Shown: positions 33,362 through 46,964 of the stretch, one piece after another | How the letters are laid out: every line of letters begins with the position of its first letter | Numbering within the stretch: position 1 is the stretch's first letter | Position numbers and translations under genes: made by a program | NCBI GenBank assembly: GCA_964019335.1 | Contig: OZ025749.1 | Location: 248,001-312,000 of the forward strand | Reading direction: 5' to 3' | DNA: 64,000 nt | From: Diplonema japonicum | Lineage: Eukaryota > Protista > Euglenozoa: Diplonemea | The notes under the pieces: generated by a model | Database searches by the model: none | Told to the model about the DNA's origin: nothing | What the model saw: the letters and a program-made list of their open reading frames with translations, nothing else

Positions 33362-34921
33362 ATGGTCGGTGCAAATAAGGTAAGACAAGATCCAGACATA
33401 AGCCTTGTTCTACAATGGCTGGACAAGGTCGGCCTAAGCGAATACAAGCAAGCGTTTCAACGAGCCGGGATCGGGATGAGAAGGCTTGCAGGCCTCACGA
33501 TACAAGACTACTACGCGGTAGGTGTGGACGGCCTGTACGAGCGAAGAAAGCTATTCGAACTGGTCCAAATGGTTAAAAGAGAAGGCTCATGCGTCCGCCC
33601 GCCTCCAGACCACCACCCACCACCCACCACAACACCAGCGAACACCACCAAAGCTTTAACAGTATGCGTGAGGAAACGCCCTCTCTTGAGGACAGAACAG
33701 GACACAGACATCATAACCGTGACAGGGCAACACACTTTAGTCCTATCAGAACACAAGCTAAAAGTGGATCTCACCAGTTACACGGAAGATCATCATTTCT
33801 ACTTCGATGCGGTAATCCCCGACCCGGCATCCAACTATGATGTTTACCTGGAGACCGCAGCACCGCTCGTTCCTACTGTTTTCACAGGGTCGCACTCTAC
33901 ATGTTTTGCTTACGGGCAAACGGGAAGCGGGAAGACCCACACCATGCTCGGGTCGGGTTCGGAGCCTGGTATCTATTCACTCGCTGCTAGGGAGGTCTTC
34001 GCCCGGCTTCCCGACGCGCATTTCGTAACATGTCAGCAGTACGAAATATACGGTGGGAAGGTTTTCGATCTCACGAACGAACGAAAGCTGCTACACGTCC
34101 GAGAGGACCGGAAAGGGAACATGAACGTGTGCGGGCTGCTTGAAGTCTCCTGCCGTACTGTCACCGATCTCATGCGTACTGTGCACCGTGCGTCAGAGCT
34201 CCGAGCCCTCGGCGCAACCTCGATGAACCAAACCTCATCACGATCCCATGCTGTTCTCAGCATAAACGTGAAGAATCAAACCGGTAACATGGTAGGGAGC
34301 TTGTCCTTCATCGACCTTGCGGGATCGGAACGCGGTGCAGACACTTCTGGAAGCTCGCGGGCTACACGGATGGAAGGTGCTGCCATCAACCAGTCGTTGC
34401 TCGCTTTAAAAGAATGCATCCGGGCCATGAACCATCGACAGAAACACGTTCCTTTCAGAGGTTCAAAGCTCACAGCAGTGCTTCGGCATGCTTTCACAGG
34501 CGATTCTCGAACATGCATGATAGCGTGTATCGCACCCGGGAAGGGAGCTGCCGAGCATTCCCTGAACACTCTTCGGTACACGGACAGGGTGAAGGAGCTC
34601 AAGAAGCCCCCGCAGCAAGCACTTCCAGCGGCGCACCACGAGGACCTCATCAACACCATCCTCGAGGAGGAAGAAGCCGTCATCGCCGATCACCGGCAGC
34701 ACATCGACGAGGTGATGGACTTAGTTAAGCTTGAAATGGCGGAGCTCTCCCGTGTCGATCGGCCCGGAAGCAGTATTGATGAGTACATAAGAAAAGTCGA
34801 TGGTGTGCTGAGGGAGATGCACCTGAAGGTCACCACGCTCCGAGGCAAGCTTGGCACGTTCAAAGCTCACCTCGAAGAGGAGGAGAAGCTTTCTCGCGTG
34901 GTGGGTTCTCAGCGGGCGTAG
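33362..34921 (+). CDS. Kinesin-13 with N-terminal SAM domain
   Basis: SAM-like WL..VGL..Y...F...I; VCVRKRPL; kinesin-13 KVD motif (KLKVDLT); YGQTGSGKT; DLAGSERGAD; HVPFRGSKLT. Confidence 0.95.
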   Translation: MVGANKVRQDPDISLVLQWLDKVGLSEYKQAFQRAGIGMRRLAGLTIQDYYAVGVDGLYERRKLFELVQMVKREGSCVRPPPDHHPPPTTTPANTTKALTVCVRKRPLLRTEQDTDIITVTGQHTLVLSEHKLKVDLTSYTEDHHFYFDAVIPDPASNYDVYLETAAPLVPTVFTGSHSTCFAYGQTGSGKTHTMLGSGSEPGIYSLAAREVFARLPDAHFVTCQQYEIYGGKVFDLTNERKLLHVREDRKGNMNVCGLLEVSCRTVTDLMRTVHRASELRALGATSMNQTSSRSHAVLSINVKNQTGNMVGSLSFIDLAGSERGADTSGSSRATRMEGAAINQSLLALKECIRAMNHRQKHVPFRGSKLTAVLRHAFTGDSRTCMIACIAPGKGAAEHSLNTLRYTDRVKELKKPPQQALPAAHHEDLINTILEEEEAVIADHRQHIDEVMDLVKLEMAELSRVDRPGSSIDEYIRKVDGVLREMHLKVTTLRGKLGTFKAHLEEEEKLSRVVGSQRA

Positions 34922-35094
34922 GAGGGGGGAAAAAAAAAGTATTTTTTTTGATACATAACTGTGACATATCTGTTCCCCCCCCCCCCCCCCCCCTTCCTCC
35001 TGTGCAGAAGTAGGCACCCACACCCTGTATTCACCCTAACCATACTCGCATAGCTGTGGCCGTTTTTTTTAAATATTTTTTTTTTTATTTTTAA

Positions 35095-36335
35095 CCACTA
35101 AAGGACCATGAGGACATATGTGTCCTTAAGAAAAATTATCTTTTCTATGTGACACTTTTTGTGCCACACAGCCCCTGGACTTTACTAAGACCCATTGTTC
35201 CGCGATTTTTTTTTATTTGAAATACCCTTTTGCGCGAAGAACAAACACAAAAACCTGTCCCCAAGTCCTTTTGTACTTATTATTTGAGAGCAGCTTCTCA
35301 GGACCTTCTGAAGTGCTTCTTCCAACTCCAGCACCACCTCAGATGAGGGTGGTGTGGGGGACAAATATCAACCGTATACCGGCCAGGAAGTGACATGGGT
35401 ACAGGGGTCCAGCAACATCGAACAGCAACATGGATAGGCTACAACTTTTCAGTTTGTTTATCACAAACAGCTTGCTGAGGTCCATTATCAGCTGTTCAAA
35501 GGTGTATGCCACATCCAAGGGCACCACATTCGACGCGGACGTGGCACAACTGAACAGTATCGCCGTCTGGGTTCTGCCCGCCTTGATGGACGAAGTCTGC
35601 GGCGGGCGTCAAGGACTACTGTCTACAAAGGAAGAGATTGCAACGCCTTACATAGGCTGTGTCCTGGGCCGCGCCACATTTCTCCATATCTTCTTGTTGT
35701 GTCCACTTTGGCTCACAGGGCAACGGGACACTATCAAAAGTGGAGATGCTGCATTCCCGGACTCCCCAGCTGGAAAGCTGCATACCACCCCCGGTCAAGG
35801 GCTGAGCATTGATTCGCTCCTTCTCCTGCCTTAAGCACAGCGTTTTTCAACCAGCTAAACGCAAGCGCTATGGCTTTAAGGTGTACACCGTCGCATTCAT
35901 GCACGGGGTGCGCTTAACATTAGAATTTACCCTGGTGGGGACCCAAAGGACACGGTACCATGTCTTCTGCGACAGTTCGAGCATCGTGGTCACTGGGTTG
36001 CGATGGATAATCTTTATTCTAATTACCAGTTCTTCTGCTCTCTTTTGAGTACGGGTATGCATGCGATCGGTGGTTCAGCGCAACAGAAAAATACAACCCC
36101 GTGGGCACGGTTCAACTCCGGAAGACGACAGTGGGCAGAAAAACGAAAAAGGAGGCCAACAAACAAATCTCACGCCATGACAGAGTCATGCGGCAGAGTT
36201 CGGACAGCATCCGGTTCCTCTTGTGGCACGGCCGTACTAAACCCGTGTTAACCTTTCGGTTTTGCCTATAATTTTGCCTTTAATTCTTCGACTTTGCCTA
36301 TAGTATGAAATTCACCTCAAGGCTGTGCCAAAAAT

Positions 36336-36372
<37 letters not shown>

Positions 36373-36849
36373 AATTTTACACCTGCAAAACGTGCAATGT
36401 TGCCCTGTGCCCTGAGTGCTTTGAGGTTTTTCATACAAAAAATGACTACCCTGACGTGATAAAATACCGACAATTCTGGGGACGCTTGAAAAAAAATCCT
36501 CAAGGGCTCCAGCGTCCGCCAGGACCCAATGTTGGAAGAAAATCGACAATTGTAGAAGAAGAAAAAAGTGAGGGAGGTTGTCCTCCGCCCAAGCGCCCTC
36601 GAGTGGGTTGAGCAAAGTCGCTCGTGATGCTCAGTACTTTGTCGTATATTTCCTCTCCCGACCCCGTATGAACACTAAGTAAGCCCCCCTGCATGGAAAA
36701 TAAACTGTTTTTTTTACCCCCTGGGTCACGTGCTTTTTAAAGGGTATAGTGTACTTTCCTATGGTTAAACTCTCGCATTTTTTTTTCCCGGGTTCATAAA
36801 TAGACGGTCCTTGGCACTTTTTTCGCCAAAACCCCCGGTCCTTTAGTGG
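35095..36849 (+). mobile_element. Non-autonomous piggyBac with both ends intact (1755 bp)
   Basis: TTAA TSDs at 35091-35094 and 36850-36853; perfect 13-bp TIR CCACTAAAGGACC; decayed motifs PGQGLSID, PAKRKRYGFK, MDNLYS..L...G.HAIG. Confidence 0.93.
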
Positions 36850-37397
36850 TTAATATTTCTTTGCAACGAAACGAGTCTTTGACTTGAACAGGGAAAAAAA
36901 AAAGGGAAAAAAAAAAAAAAGGACACGTACAAAGCAACAGCAGTTTGCTTTCTCTTTTTTATTTATTATTATGATTTATACACTAGCCAACCCGGTTTTC
37001 TCTTTGTTTGTCTCGGGGAGTTAAAGTAGTTTACCCGATTGGGAGGGGGGGGGTCCTTTTTTTTCCAGGAAAAGGTTTTTAACCCCCCCTCTGTTCTCCC
37101 TTTTCTATCTATCTCCTTGTTTTAATAGTCGATGTTTTTTTTTTTTAAGTCTTGCTTTATACCTACGAAAATATTTTACTCCTCTACACTTCTTGTGCTA
37201 CTTGCTTCCCCCTCCCCTCCCCCCCGCATCTTATTTCTTTCCCCCCTGATCTGTACCGTACCTTGCGTAAAGCGTTCTCTTCAGCAATTATCTGTTCTAA
37301 TCGTCGGAAGTAGACCTGTACTTCCTCCTGGTTGTTCCATATTAAGAAAAAAAAAAGAAGAAAAAAAGAAAGACAATGCAAAAAATAAAACAAACAA

Positions 37398-40300
37398 ATG
37401 AGCGAGAATAGTAGTTTCGACAGCTGGGCGGCGGGGGAGTACAGCGATGGGGGCAATTCGGAGTTGGTCTACGGGAACAAGCACGAGCGAGATAGAGTGG
37501 CCTTGGAACACAGGTCGTGCTTCATGTTCCCTAAGGTGGACGGGGAGGCCTTCAGCCTGCGGAGGATAGTCTTTGATCTGACACACCACCGTGTCTTTGA
37601 GGTGGTGGTGGTCATCCTCATCGTCGCCAACTGTGTGTTCTTGGCTATTGACGACCCGGTGACACCGCAAAACGAAAAACCGGCATACTTACAGCAAATG
37701 GAATATTTCTTCACAGCGTGCTTTGCGGTCGAGCTTCTCCTCAAAGTGTTTTCACAAGGGTTTGTATTACACCCCGGGTCGTACCTGCGGACTGGGTGGA
37801 ACCGGCTCGACTTCGTCATTGTGACGTTTTCATTTCTCTCATTCATCCCTTCTGTGGGGAACTACACTGCGTTGCGAACGCTCCGTGTGCTCCGTCCCTT
37901 ACGGTCTATCAATGGTATCCAAGGGCTGCGAAACATCGTGAACGGTCTGTTGCATTCCCTTCGCAAGCTTGTCAACGTTCTCGCACTTGCCGCCTTCATC
38001 TTCTCGATATTCGGTATCCTCGGGGTGCAGTTGTGGGCGGGGAAGTTCACCTACCGATGCCAGAAAATCGATACAAACACGACATGCACGCCGTCTGGGG
38101 AGGTTTCCATGTGTTGCCTTCCCGACATGTCATGCTGTTTCGACCCCATGCTGACTGCTATTGAACCGATGGTACCCGATTCAAACTTAAGCTGTTTGTC
38201 CACCGAGGGCAACCCTTGTGGCTGCCGTGTCAAGGGTACCATGGGGAACGCGAGCCTTGTTCTGTGGGAAGATTTCTGCAACCCCTCCGCGTCGGAGTTT
38301 TTCTTCATGGGTGAAATGTTCGGCCGTGGGTGCGAAGCGTCGCAGGAGTGCGTCGACACAGGTGTCAATCCAAACTTCGGGTTCACCAACTTCGATCACT
38401 TCGGCTACGCGGTGCTCGTTGTGTTTCAATGTCTCACCCTCGAAGGATGGACAGACATCATGTATATTGTCCAGGACGTGAGCAGCGACCTGGGGTGTAT
38501 TTATTTCATCATGCTCGTGGTGCTTGGTTCTTACTTCGTATTAAACCTCGCACTTGCGGTCATCAACGAGGAGTTCGACAAGATAGGCAGGGAGGAGGAG
38601 GAGATGCAGGAACGGAAACTATTGAGAATCCAAAAAATGCAGGAGCAAGCTTTGCTGGAGATCTTCAAAGAAGAAATCGACAACGAGGTGTCGAAGCTTG
38701 GGTCACGTCCGGCTTCACGGCCCGTCACCCCGAACGCGATATCGGGACAACTACGACGAATAAGCGAAAAAGAGAGGTGTGAGAAGGACAACAAAGATAG
38801 GGCGACGCTTGGGTCCGGCGACGAGGGAAACCTGTCAATATTCGACTTGATGGAGAGCGCTGCTCCTTCGGTAGAGAAACAACCGGCTTGCTACGCGCAA
38901 ATATGGTCCTCCGCGCGGTGGGGCTGCTGGAACATCGTACGGAACAGGTTTTTCACACCGACGATCATCTTTTTCATCGTAATCAACACGGCGCTGCTTG
39001 CGTCGGAACATCACAACCAACCTAAAACCCTGACCGTCATCCTCGAGAAGGCCAACATCGTCCTCATGGCCATCTTTTCCATAGAGATGGTTCTCAAGTT
39101 GATGGGGTCCGGCTTGAAAGGGTACCTCCGCGATCCCTTCAACGTGCTGGACGGGTCCGTCGTCCTGCTCAGCATATTAGAGCTTGTTCTTCTCTCCAAC
39201 AACACGGTGTCGGTGTTCCGGGCGTTGCGGCTTCTTCGCGTCTTCAAACTCCTCAAAAACTTCCCTCAACTGCGCGATCTTGTCGAAGTCATCCTTGCCG
39301 CCGTCTCCGACACAGGGTACCTCAACCTTATCATTCTGTTGTATATTTTCTGCGCTGCTCTCGTAGGCATGCAAATTTTCGGTGGAAAGTTCAACTTCGA
39401 ACAGGAAGGCTGCGCGGAGCCACCTTGCGACAAGGTCAAGCCGCGTGCCACATTCGACTCGTTCTACTGGTCCGTCCTGACGGTTTTCCAGGTTTTGACA
39501 CGAGACGACTGGGTCAACGTCATGTGGGATGCCATGCGCGCCACGCACCCTATTTGCACATTGTACTTCTTGGTGCTTGTCGTGTGCGGGGATTTTGTCA
39601 TATTGAACCTGTTTCTTGCTATTCTGATCCAGTCGTTTGACCAGAACATGCGGTCCGACTGCAACAAAGGGGACGACGACGAGGAGGTGGAGGAGGAGGA
39701 ACCCCCGCCGCCTGTGTCGGAGAAGTCGTTTAGAGAGCGGCACGGGTCGAACGGGTCGGTGATCTTAACGGTGCCGATCAGCTCGCAGAGGGTGGGCGGC
39801 AAGCGTGAGAGTTTCGTTGTGACTGAGATGATACGGACGGGGTCGGTCATTCGGTGTAAGAGCGAGTTGCTAGACAAGCGGGGGAGGAAAGGGTCCTTGG
39901 TGAACACTGGATCGCTCACGGGGAACCGTGCGCTAAGTGCCTGCCTCTCTCCAACTCTTGGAGCACGGAAGCGCAGCATCATGTCTGCGGGGATGAGCTC
40001 TCATAGATACTCCGCCTTCTCCGTCACACAACCGTCGACTCTCACCACTTCTGCAGTGCACAACCATGAAGCACTGTCACGAAGCAGCATTGTGTCACTT
40101 ACATCAACGCCGTCTATAAAACCGCTCACCCCGAAGTCGCCAGGTCCCGCACTTCCCGGGCAGCCCATTGATGACAAAGCGTGCCTTCCTCGCAAGCATA
40201 CCGAAACTCCTGAGAACCACCTCCGCCCATTTAACACAGTAGGCAACATCACACCGTGTTCTTCGATGGACGAGGACTGCTTCCTCCCACATGACGACTA

Positions 40301-42883
40301 CGACATGTGCCACAAATGTAAAGAGCCCCAAGCGATGAAGGGGATCTCGCAGGAGGCTGAGACAACGCAGCTCAAAATACACGACAAGCTGTGTAAAAAG
40401 ATCCAACTGAGGAAGCTGAGGCAGAAGCGGTTACTGTCGGTGATCGCTCAGGTGGAAAAGAAGGTGGCAAACGGAGCAGAATGGCAGGAAAAAGAAGTGG
40501 AACAAGTAATCTCCTTGGTGTGGGAGGTGGGCCTGTGGCAGGACAAGATGGCAACCGACTTCTACGAGGTGCTCACGTACATCAGGGTGACGGCGAGAGA
40601 TTACGACACCTGGGGATTGGTATGGGTTCTTTGTTATTTTCCACCAACAATAAACCAACAGACACTGGCCCACCTGGAAATGACAGTAGAGAAAGGAAGC
40701 CCAGCGTACCAAGTCGGGTTGCGTGATGGTATACACGCCACACTAGGGAACCACAAGCAACCATAAACACAGGTAACATCTTAACGAAGGTGGGCGGTGA
40801 GGAGGTGGATTCCGACGCAGATGCAAAACAGAAAATCGTCTCGATGCTCGAATGCGAAGGGAGGGCCGATCTAGATGTCGTGAAGGAGAAAACCTGGGAC
40901 GGCTTGCTTCAGGAGCTCCGTGAGCAGATGGGCGTCCTGTCTCTCGAGATAGGCGAGGGCGATAAAATATTCGGGGGTGCCTTCGTGGCATTCAGCTCCG
41001 GTAACCTCCCTAATGTCACCAGAACAAACGGAGGGAACTCTCTCTTCATCTTCGGGCCGGGGAATTGGTTCCGGTTGCTGTCGTACAAAATCGTGAAGGA
41101 CCCGAACTTCGAAAAGATCATCCTCATGTGCATCCTGTGCTCGAGCATTCTCATGGTCGCGGAGAACCCGCGTAACGAGGCCACCGGCGACTGGGGTACA
41201 GCGCTGGTTGTGTCGAACTACATCTTCACAGGAACCTTCATCTTGGAAATGCTTATGAAGATAATCGCGTTCGGGTTAATCCTCGGCAAGGGTACCCCGA
41301 ACGACCCGCCGTACCTGAAGGACAAGTGGAACGTTTTGGACGGAACCATCGTGTTTTTCGCGATCCTGTCGATCGCGTTGGTCGGGTACAATTTCTCTAT
41401 TCTGAAGGTGCTCCGTGCGTTCCGTGCTCTGCGTCCTCTTCGGGTCATCTCGCGGAACAGAGGCTTGCGGATGGTGGTCATCACACTGCTGAGGTCCATC
41501 TCCTCAATCGGAAATGTCGCATTTGTCACGTTCATCGTCTTCCTCGTGTTCGGGATTCTCGGGGTTCAATTATTTGCAGGGAAATTGTACCGATGCACAG
41601 ACCCGATGGTTATCAACCGTCTGGCGTGTAATGGGTACTTTGTTGATGAATCGGGCGATTTAAGCCGGCGGATCTGGCGGACGGACCACTTCGGGAACTT
41701 TGACAACATTTACAACTCCATCCTGACGCTGTTCGAGGTCGCCACGCTAGAGCTATGGACGACCATCATGTACCGAGCGATCGACGGGATCTCTTATGAT
41801 AGAGCGCCAGAACGGGATTACAACCAAGCCACGGCGTTGTTCTTCATAGGGTTTGTCATCGTGGGGTCGTTTTTCATTCTTAACCTGTTCGTGGGTTTTG
41901 TAATATTCAATTTCGCGAAGGTCAAGGCGGAGGAGGACGGGTCCGGTGTGACGCACATTTCTCCGGAACAAAAACTGTGGATGGAGACACAGCAGATGAT
42001 GTTGAACTTCAGGCCGATGGTCAAGATGGTGGTTGCCGGGAACAGCCCGTGGCGGAGGAGGCTTCATTGTTTTTGCATTTCAAATACCTTCGAGATTTTT
42101 ATCGGGGTCGCGATCTTGTTGAACGTGGTTGTAATGAGCCTTGAACACAACGGGATGTCCAAGGAGTGGGAATTCTCGTTGTGGTTGCTCAATATCTTCT
42201 TCATGATCGTGTTCCTCGTCGAGGCGGCCGCGAAGCTCCTCGCGTTCGGGTCGTCCTACTTAAAAGACCCGTGGAACCGCTTCGACTTCGCCTTGGTCAT
42301 ACTGTCTATAGTTCAGTTTCTTTTGTTCATGTTGTCGATGGGTATCCCTGTCAAGTCTTACATCCTACGTGTTGGTAGAGTTTTCCGAATTATGAGAATT
42401 GTTCGTTTGGTGAAGTCTGCGAAGGACGTCCGTATTCTTCTGGAGACCATTTGGTACTCCCTGCCGCACATTGCGAACATTGGTGCTTTTTTGTGTTTGT
42501 TGTTCTTCATATACTCTGTGTTGGGGGTCAAGCTGTTCGCGAAGGTGAAGCGCGGGCAGTACCTCACGAAACACGCGAACTTCGAGTCGTTCCCAAGGGC
42601 GCTCATGATGCTGATCCGCATGGCCACAGGGGAGAACTGGAACGGTGTGATGCACGAGACCATGGTCACTTCACCTGACTGCAGCACCGAGCTGGACAAC
42701 TGCGGTGAACCAGCCGCTCCTTTGTACTACCTGTCGTTTCTGCTGCTTGCGACATTCATTTTGACAAACTTGTTCGTCGCTATCATCCTCGACAACTTCC
42801 GGACGACAATTCTAATCGAGAAAAGTGATCTGAGAATGACCGATTTACACACGGTATAATATTTACATACGGGAAAAAAAAAA

Positions 42884-42918
<35 letters not shown>

Positions 42919-43712
42919 AGTTCATCGAACGATGGGCTGACTTCGACCCTGATGCAACGCTTAAGATACCGACCTCGAAGCTGCCCTTCTTGCTGGAGCA
43001 GATCGGGACCCCTTTGGGGATACGGAGGAGGGACTCGAGGATTGATATTCTGAATAGAACTAAGTATGTTTTTTTTTTTCCCTTTTTTTTTTCCGAGGGT
43101 ATCTCTTTTTAAAAAAAAAAAATAGATCTTATTGCATCCCCGAGCATGGGGGTGTTATCCACTTTATCGAGACGCTGATCCCCCTTGCAAGGCTGGTCAT
43201 GGTGACTGAAGGGGACCTCGGCTACACCGAGCTGCGCAACCAAGAAGAGCAGTGGCGGCAGGCCTTCCCGGACATCAATGACCTCCCTTTGCTGAGGTTC
43301 CGGCAACGCCGCGTTACGGTCGATCAGTACTTTTCATCAACCTATATCGCTGCTGCTTATCGGCGGGCTGTCACGTGCAGGCATTACTATATTCAAAAGG
43401 ACCTGAACAGGAAGAGAAGACGAAAGTGGCAGCTTCTGAACATGGTATCAAGCAATTTGTCGTGTTGTGGTATGGGAGGAAAGCAAAGAAAAAAAAAAAA
43501 GAAATCCACAGAAGAAAGTGAAGAATGTGAAGGTCAAGCGCCCCGCACCAGTACCGAGGTCTTTGACATCTCAACGGCACCTGATTTGCACCAGTGATGG
43601 ACGAGAAAAAGAAGAAAAAGTGTGTTCCCCCTTTCACTTCTGTGATTGGTGTGCCTCCGATAAGAAAGAAAGAAAAAAAGGGGAGGGGAAAGTGCTTCTT
43701 GCTTTATTTTAG
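37398..43712 (+). CDS. Four-domain voltage-gated Ca2+ channel alpha subunit; introns 40620-40661, 40729-40772, 42854-42920, 43064-43125, 43445-43511
   Basis: Four S4 sensors; pore loops TLEGW/TRDDW/TLELW/TGENW; EF-hand-like FIERWADFDPDAT; IQ-like IAAAYRR. Exact 3' end uncertain. Confidence 0.93.
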
Positions 43713-43988
43713 TATTTTTTTTCCTCCCCCCCGTTTCTCCCAACAACAGTACCTTTTCCCCCTCCTCCCCCCCCCCCCCCCCCCTGTGTTTAGTTGTTGA
43801 ATAAAAAAAAAAGAAAAAGAGGAGAGGGAAATCCACAAAAAAGAAAAAGAAAGAAAGAAACGTAGTGTTTTCACACTGCACCATTCTTTCTTCTTCATTT
43901 TTTTTTTTTTTTTTATATAAAAAAAAATGAAACCACCAAAAAAAAAAAAAATCTTCCTCCAGGAGAAAATCTGAGGGAGGGGGAGGGC

Positions 43989-44475
43989 ATGGGTTGCGGT
44001 GCATCGGGGATCGAGAATGTCAACAACACCCAAGAAAAGGTCGCGATGCCGACGAAGGAGGTGCTCACCAGCAGGTGGTTGAAACACGAGTTCAAAGAGT
44101 TCGACATGCCTGTCTACGGCTGCCGGTTTACATCAGACATGTCCAGCATAGTAGCAGGGGGCCGCGGGGGGCAGATTAAGGTCATACGAATAGCAGACGG
44201 CACTGTGACCTCACACCTCGACGGGCACAGAGGCTTCGTCCTGTCACTGGCCGTCTCCTCCGACAACCTGGTCTGCTCAACAAGTGACGACAGAACTGTG
44301 CGGTTATGGAGGCTCAACACCACGAACGACACATTGTCCAACGAGGTGCTCACGGAACTGTCAGGCCACACCCACAAGGTCTACTCATCCGACTTCACAC
44401 GTGACGGACGGCACCTTCTAACAGCGTCCATGGACAAGACAGTGCGGGTATTTATTTATTATTTTTTTTTTTCCA

Positions 44476-44515
<40 letters not shown>

Positions 44516-45122
44516 CTGGGATGTTGAAACAAGCCAACACGTCACGACCCTCACAGGCCACACCAAGGCGATATTCTCAGCAACGTTCTCACCAGACAAC
44601 TCCCTCGTGGTTTCAGGCGGCGACGACACCCTCGTGAACATGTGGGACTGGAGGTCGGGAAAGCTGGTGAAGACATTCAAAGGACATCAGAAAACAGTGT
44701 GGAGCTCACGGCTAACAGACGACAACCAGACTATGGTCTCAGGCGGCATGGACGGTGGGGTCAAGGTGTGGGACGTCGGTGAGGGTGTCATCGTGAAGGA
44801 TCTACGCGCCAATGACGCTCCCGTCCACTGCACCCTGTTCACCAACAACGGACGGAACATCATTTCCTGCGGCAGGGACAACACCATCCGCATCTGGTCT
44901 ACCGAAGGGGAGCGGATCGACACCCTCAGGGGGCACCACGGGACTGTCTACTCCATTGCCAGCTCGCCTTCTCTCTTGGTCTCTTGCGGGCTAGATCGCT
45001 CCCTTAAGGTCTGGGAGCTGCCAACGGAAGCCTGCCCAGAAGCCGCCCCTGAAGATATCGAATTTGATTTTGATGATGAACCGGTCCCTACAGAAGAGGA
45101 TCCTTGGTCAGGGGTTGAATAG
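43989..45122 (+). CDS. WD40-repeat protein with MGCGAS acylation motif; intron 44448-44513
   Basis: Seven GH..WD-type repeats; removing the in-frame intron restores DKTVR|LWD. Confidence 0.93.
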
Positions 45123-45195
45123 GGTTTTGGATCGACTTCCGAGAGAAAGTTGATACGCGGGAGGGAGGGAGGAAGGAATGCCGACACAAGTATCT

Positions 45196-45229
<34 letters not shown>

Positions 45230-46471
45230 TTTTTTTTTTTTCCGTCAACAAAAAAAAAAGTAAAAAAAATATATATATTCCCCCTCCAAAATTGTATTTC
45301 CCCTCCTTGTCGACAACTTAGTTGTGGATATTACAACACGCACCGTGTGGGTATGATAGCATTCCCCCTTCCCCCCACTTTTGTTCAGAAAAACGCAATT
45401 TCTCAATCCAATGGGGAGGTCTAGTTTGCATAGGGGGAGGGGGTTTCACACTTGTAACAAAAAAAAAAAAAAAAAAAAAAAAAACGCCGAATAATGTTGT
45501 GTAAGTTAATGGAAGCGGTGGGGTGGGGTGGGGGTGGGGGCGGCCGGTATTCAGTATTCTTTGCATTCCTTTTCTTCTTCTTTTTTTTTTTTTTTAAACT
45601 TCTCCTTCCCTTACCACATAAGGGGCAGTCTCCATAGTGGGATTTTGCCCTGTGCCTCACTGCGCTTCTTTTTTCTCCACTTGACGACCAAGACTTCCTT
45701 ACTAAGAAGAAAGGCCATAGAATGCGATGTCTTTGGTTGCTAAAGTTAAGTCGAGGTGGCCACTTTACTCCTCGAGCCACACCGCCTGAGATGCCGTCCA
45801 TCTCATTGCGACAAACTGTGCACACCGAAACTTTATCGAAGATTGTGTTTTTTCTTGTGAGGCGCCCGGTATCTAGAAGAAGAGATTACACAACCCCACA
45901 TCGCGATCAGGCTGGTTGTCGCCAAAGCAAATCTCCTTTAAGAATCCCTCGTGCCCTATTTGTTGAAAAAAACTCGACGAATTTTGATTCTTCATTTAGC
46001 CAGCAGAAAACTTTGGAGATTTGAAGGGGCGTGCCGTGCCATCATTTTTTTTTTTTTTTTTTTTTTTTTTTTGCCTTGCCTTTTTCCCTTCTCCACTTGA
46101 GCTTGCATTCGTGCTGTCCCCTCATATATTATTATCTTTCTCCACACCCGCCCCCCACACCCGCTCCCCCTTTTTTTGTTGCCTTCATATGACACCGCAT
46201 TTGCTAGATTGACATATATCCCCTCCCTCCCTCCCTCCCTTACTCTGTGGTTGCTTTTCTTCTTCTTTTTTTTTTGCCGCTTTTTTGCCAAAAAAAAAAT
46301 AAAGGGGGGAGGGGGGGAAATGATGTCCTTGCATATCATTTTGTCCCCCCCCCCCCACCCTCATGGTTCCCTGCTCAACCCCTACGCCCTGAAAAGTGTA
46401 AGGAAAAAGTTCATTTTTTTTTTTTTAATGCAGTGAAAGGTCGGTCAAATTTCAGGCACAAGAAAAAGAAA

Positions 46472-46817
46472 ATGGGTGGTCCAATATTGAGGGTGTTGCT
46501 GCAAGTAGGAGGGCTGCTTAGTAGGGCAGTTGTGAGGGCTGGGATGGAGGCGTGGCGCATAGAATCACAAAGAGGGGGGACAACAGCTGCATGGCAGGCA
46601 CGGGAGGCGACTCGCGAGATGACAATAAAGGAAGCTCTGCAGATCCTCAACGTGGAACCGAAATCCCCGGAAAATCTGAACAGCAACGAAATGAAACAAG
46701 TGGAGGAAAACTACCAGAGATACTTCAACGAAAACGCACCGGAAGAAAGCGGTCCTGGGGGCTCCGCATACCTGCAAGGGAAGGTTCTTGCTGCGTACCA
46801 GCACATCAAAAAAATCT

Positions 46818-46819
<2 letters not shown>
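46472..46819 (+). CDS. PAM16: Pam16/Tim16-like mitochondrial import motor J-like protein
   Basis: MT.KEA.QILNV, Y..YF..N, GGSAYLQGKV..A; 115 aa. Confidence 0.85.
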
Positions 46820-46848
<29 letters not shown>

Positions 46849-46964
46849 TTCGTTTTCTGATGAAGCACAGTATTTTTAAGTGTCTCGATCAAAAAAAAAA
46901 AAAAAAAAGAAAAGAGAAACAAAAAAAGGAGAGAAGGGAGAGAAAAAGAAAAAAGAAAAAAAAA

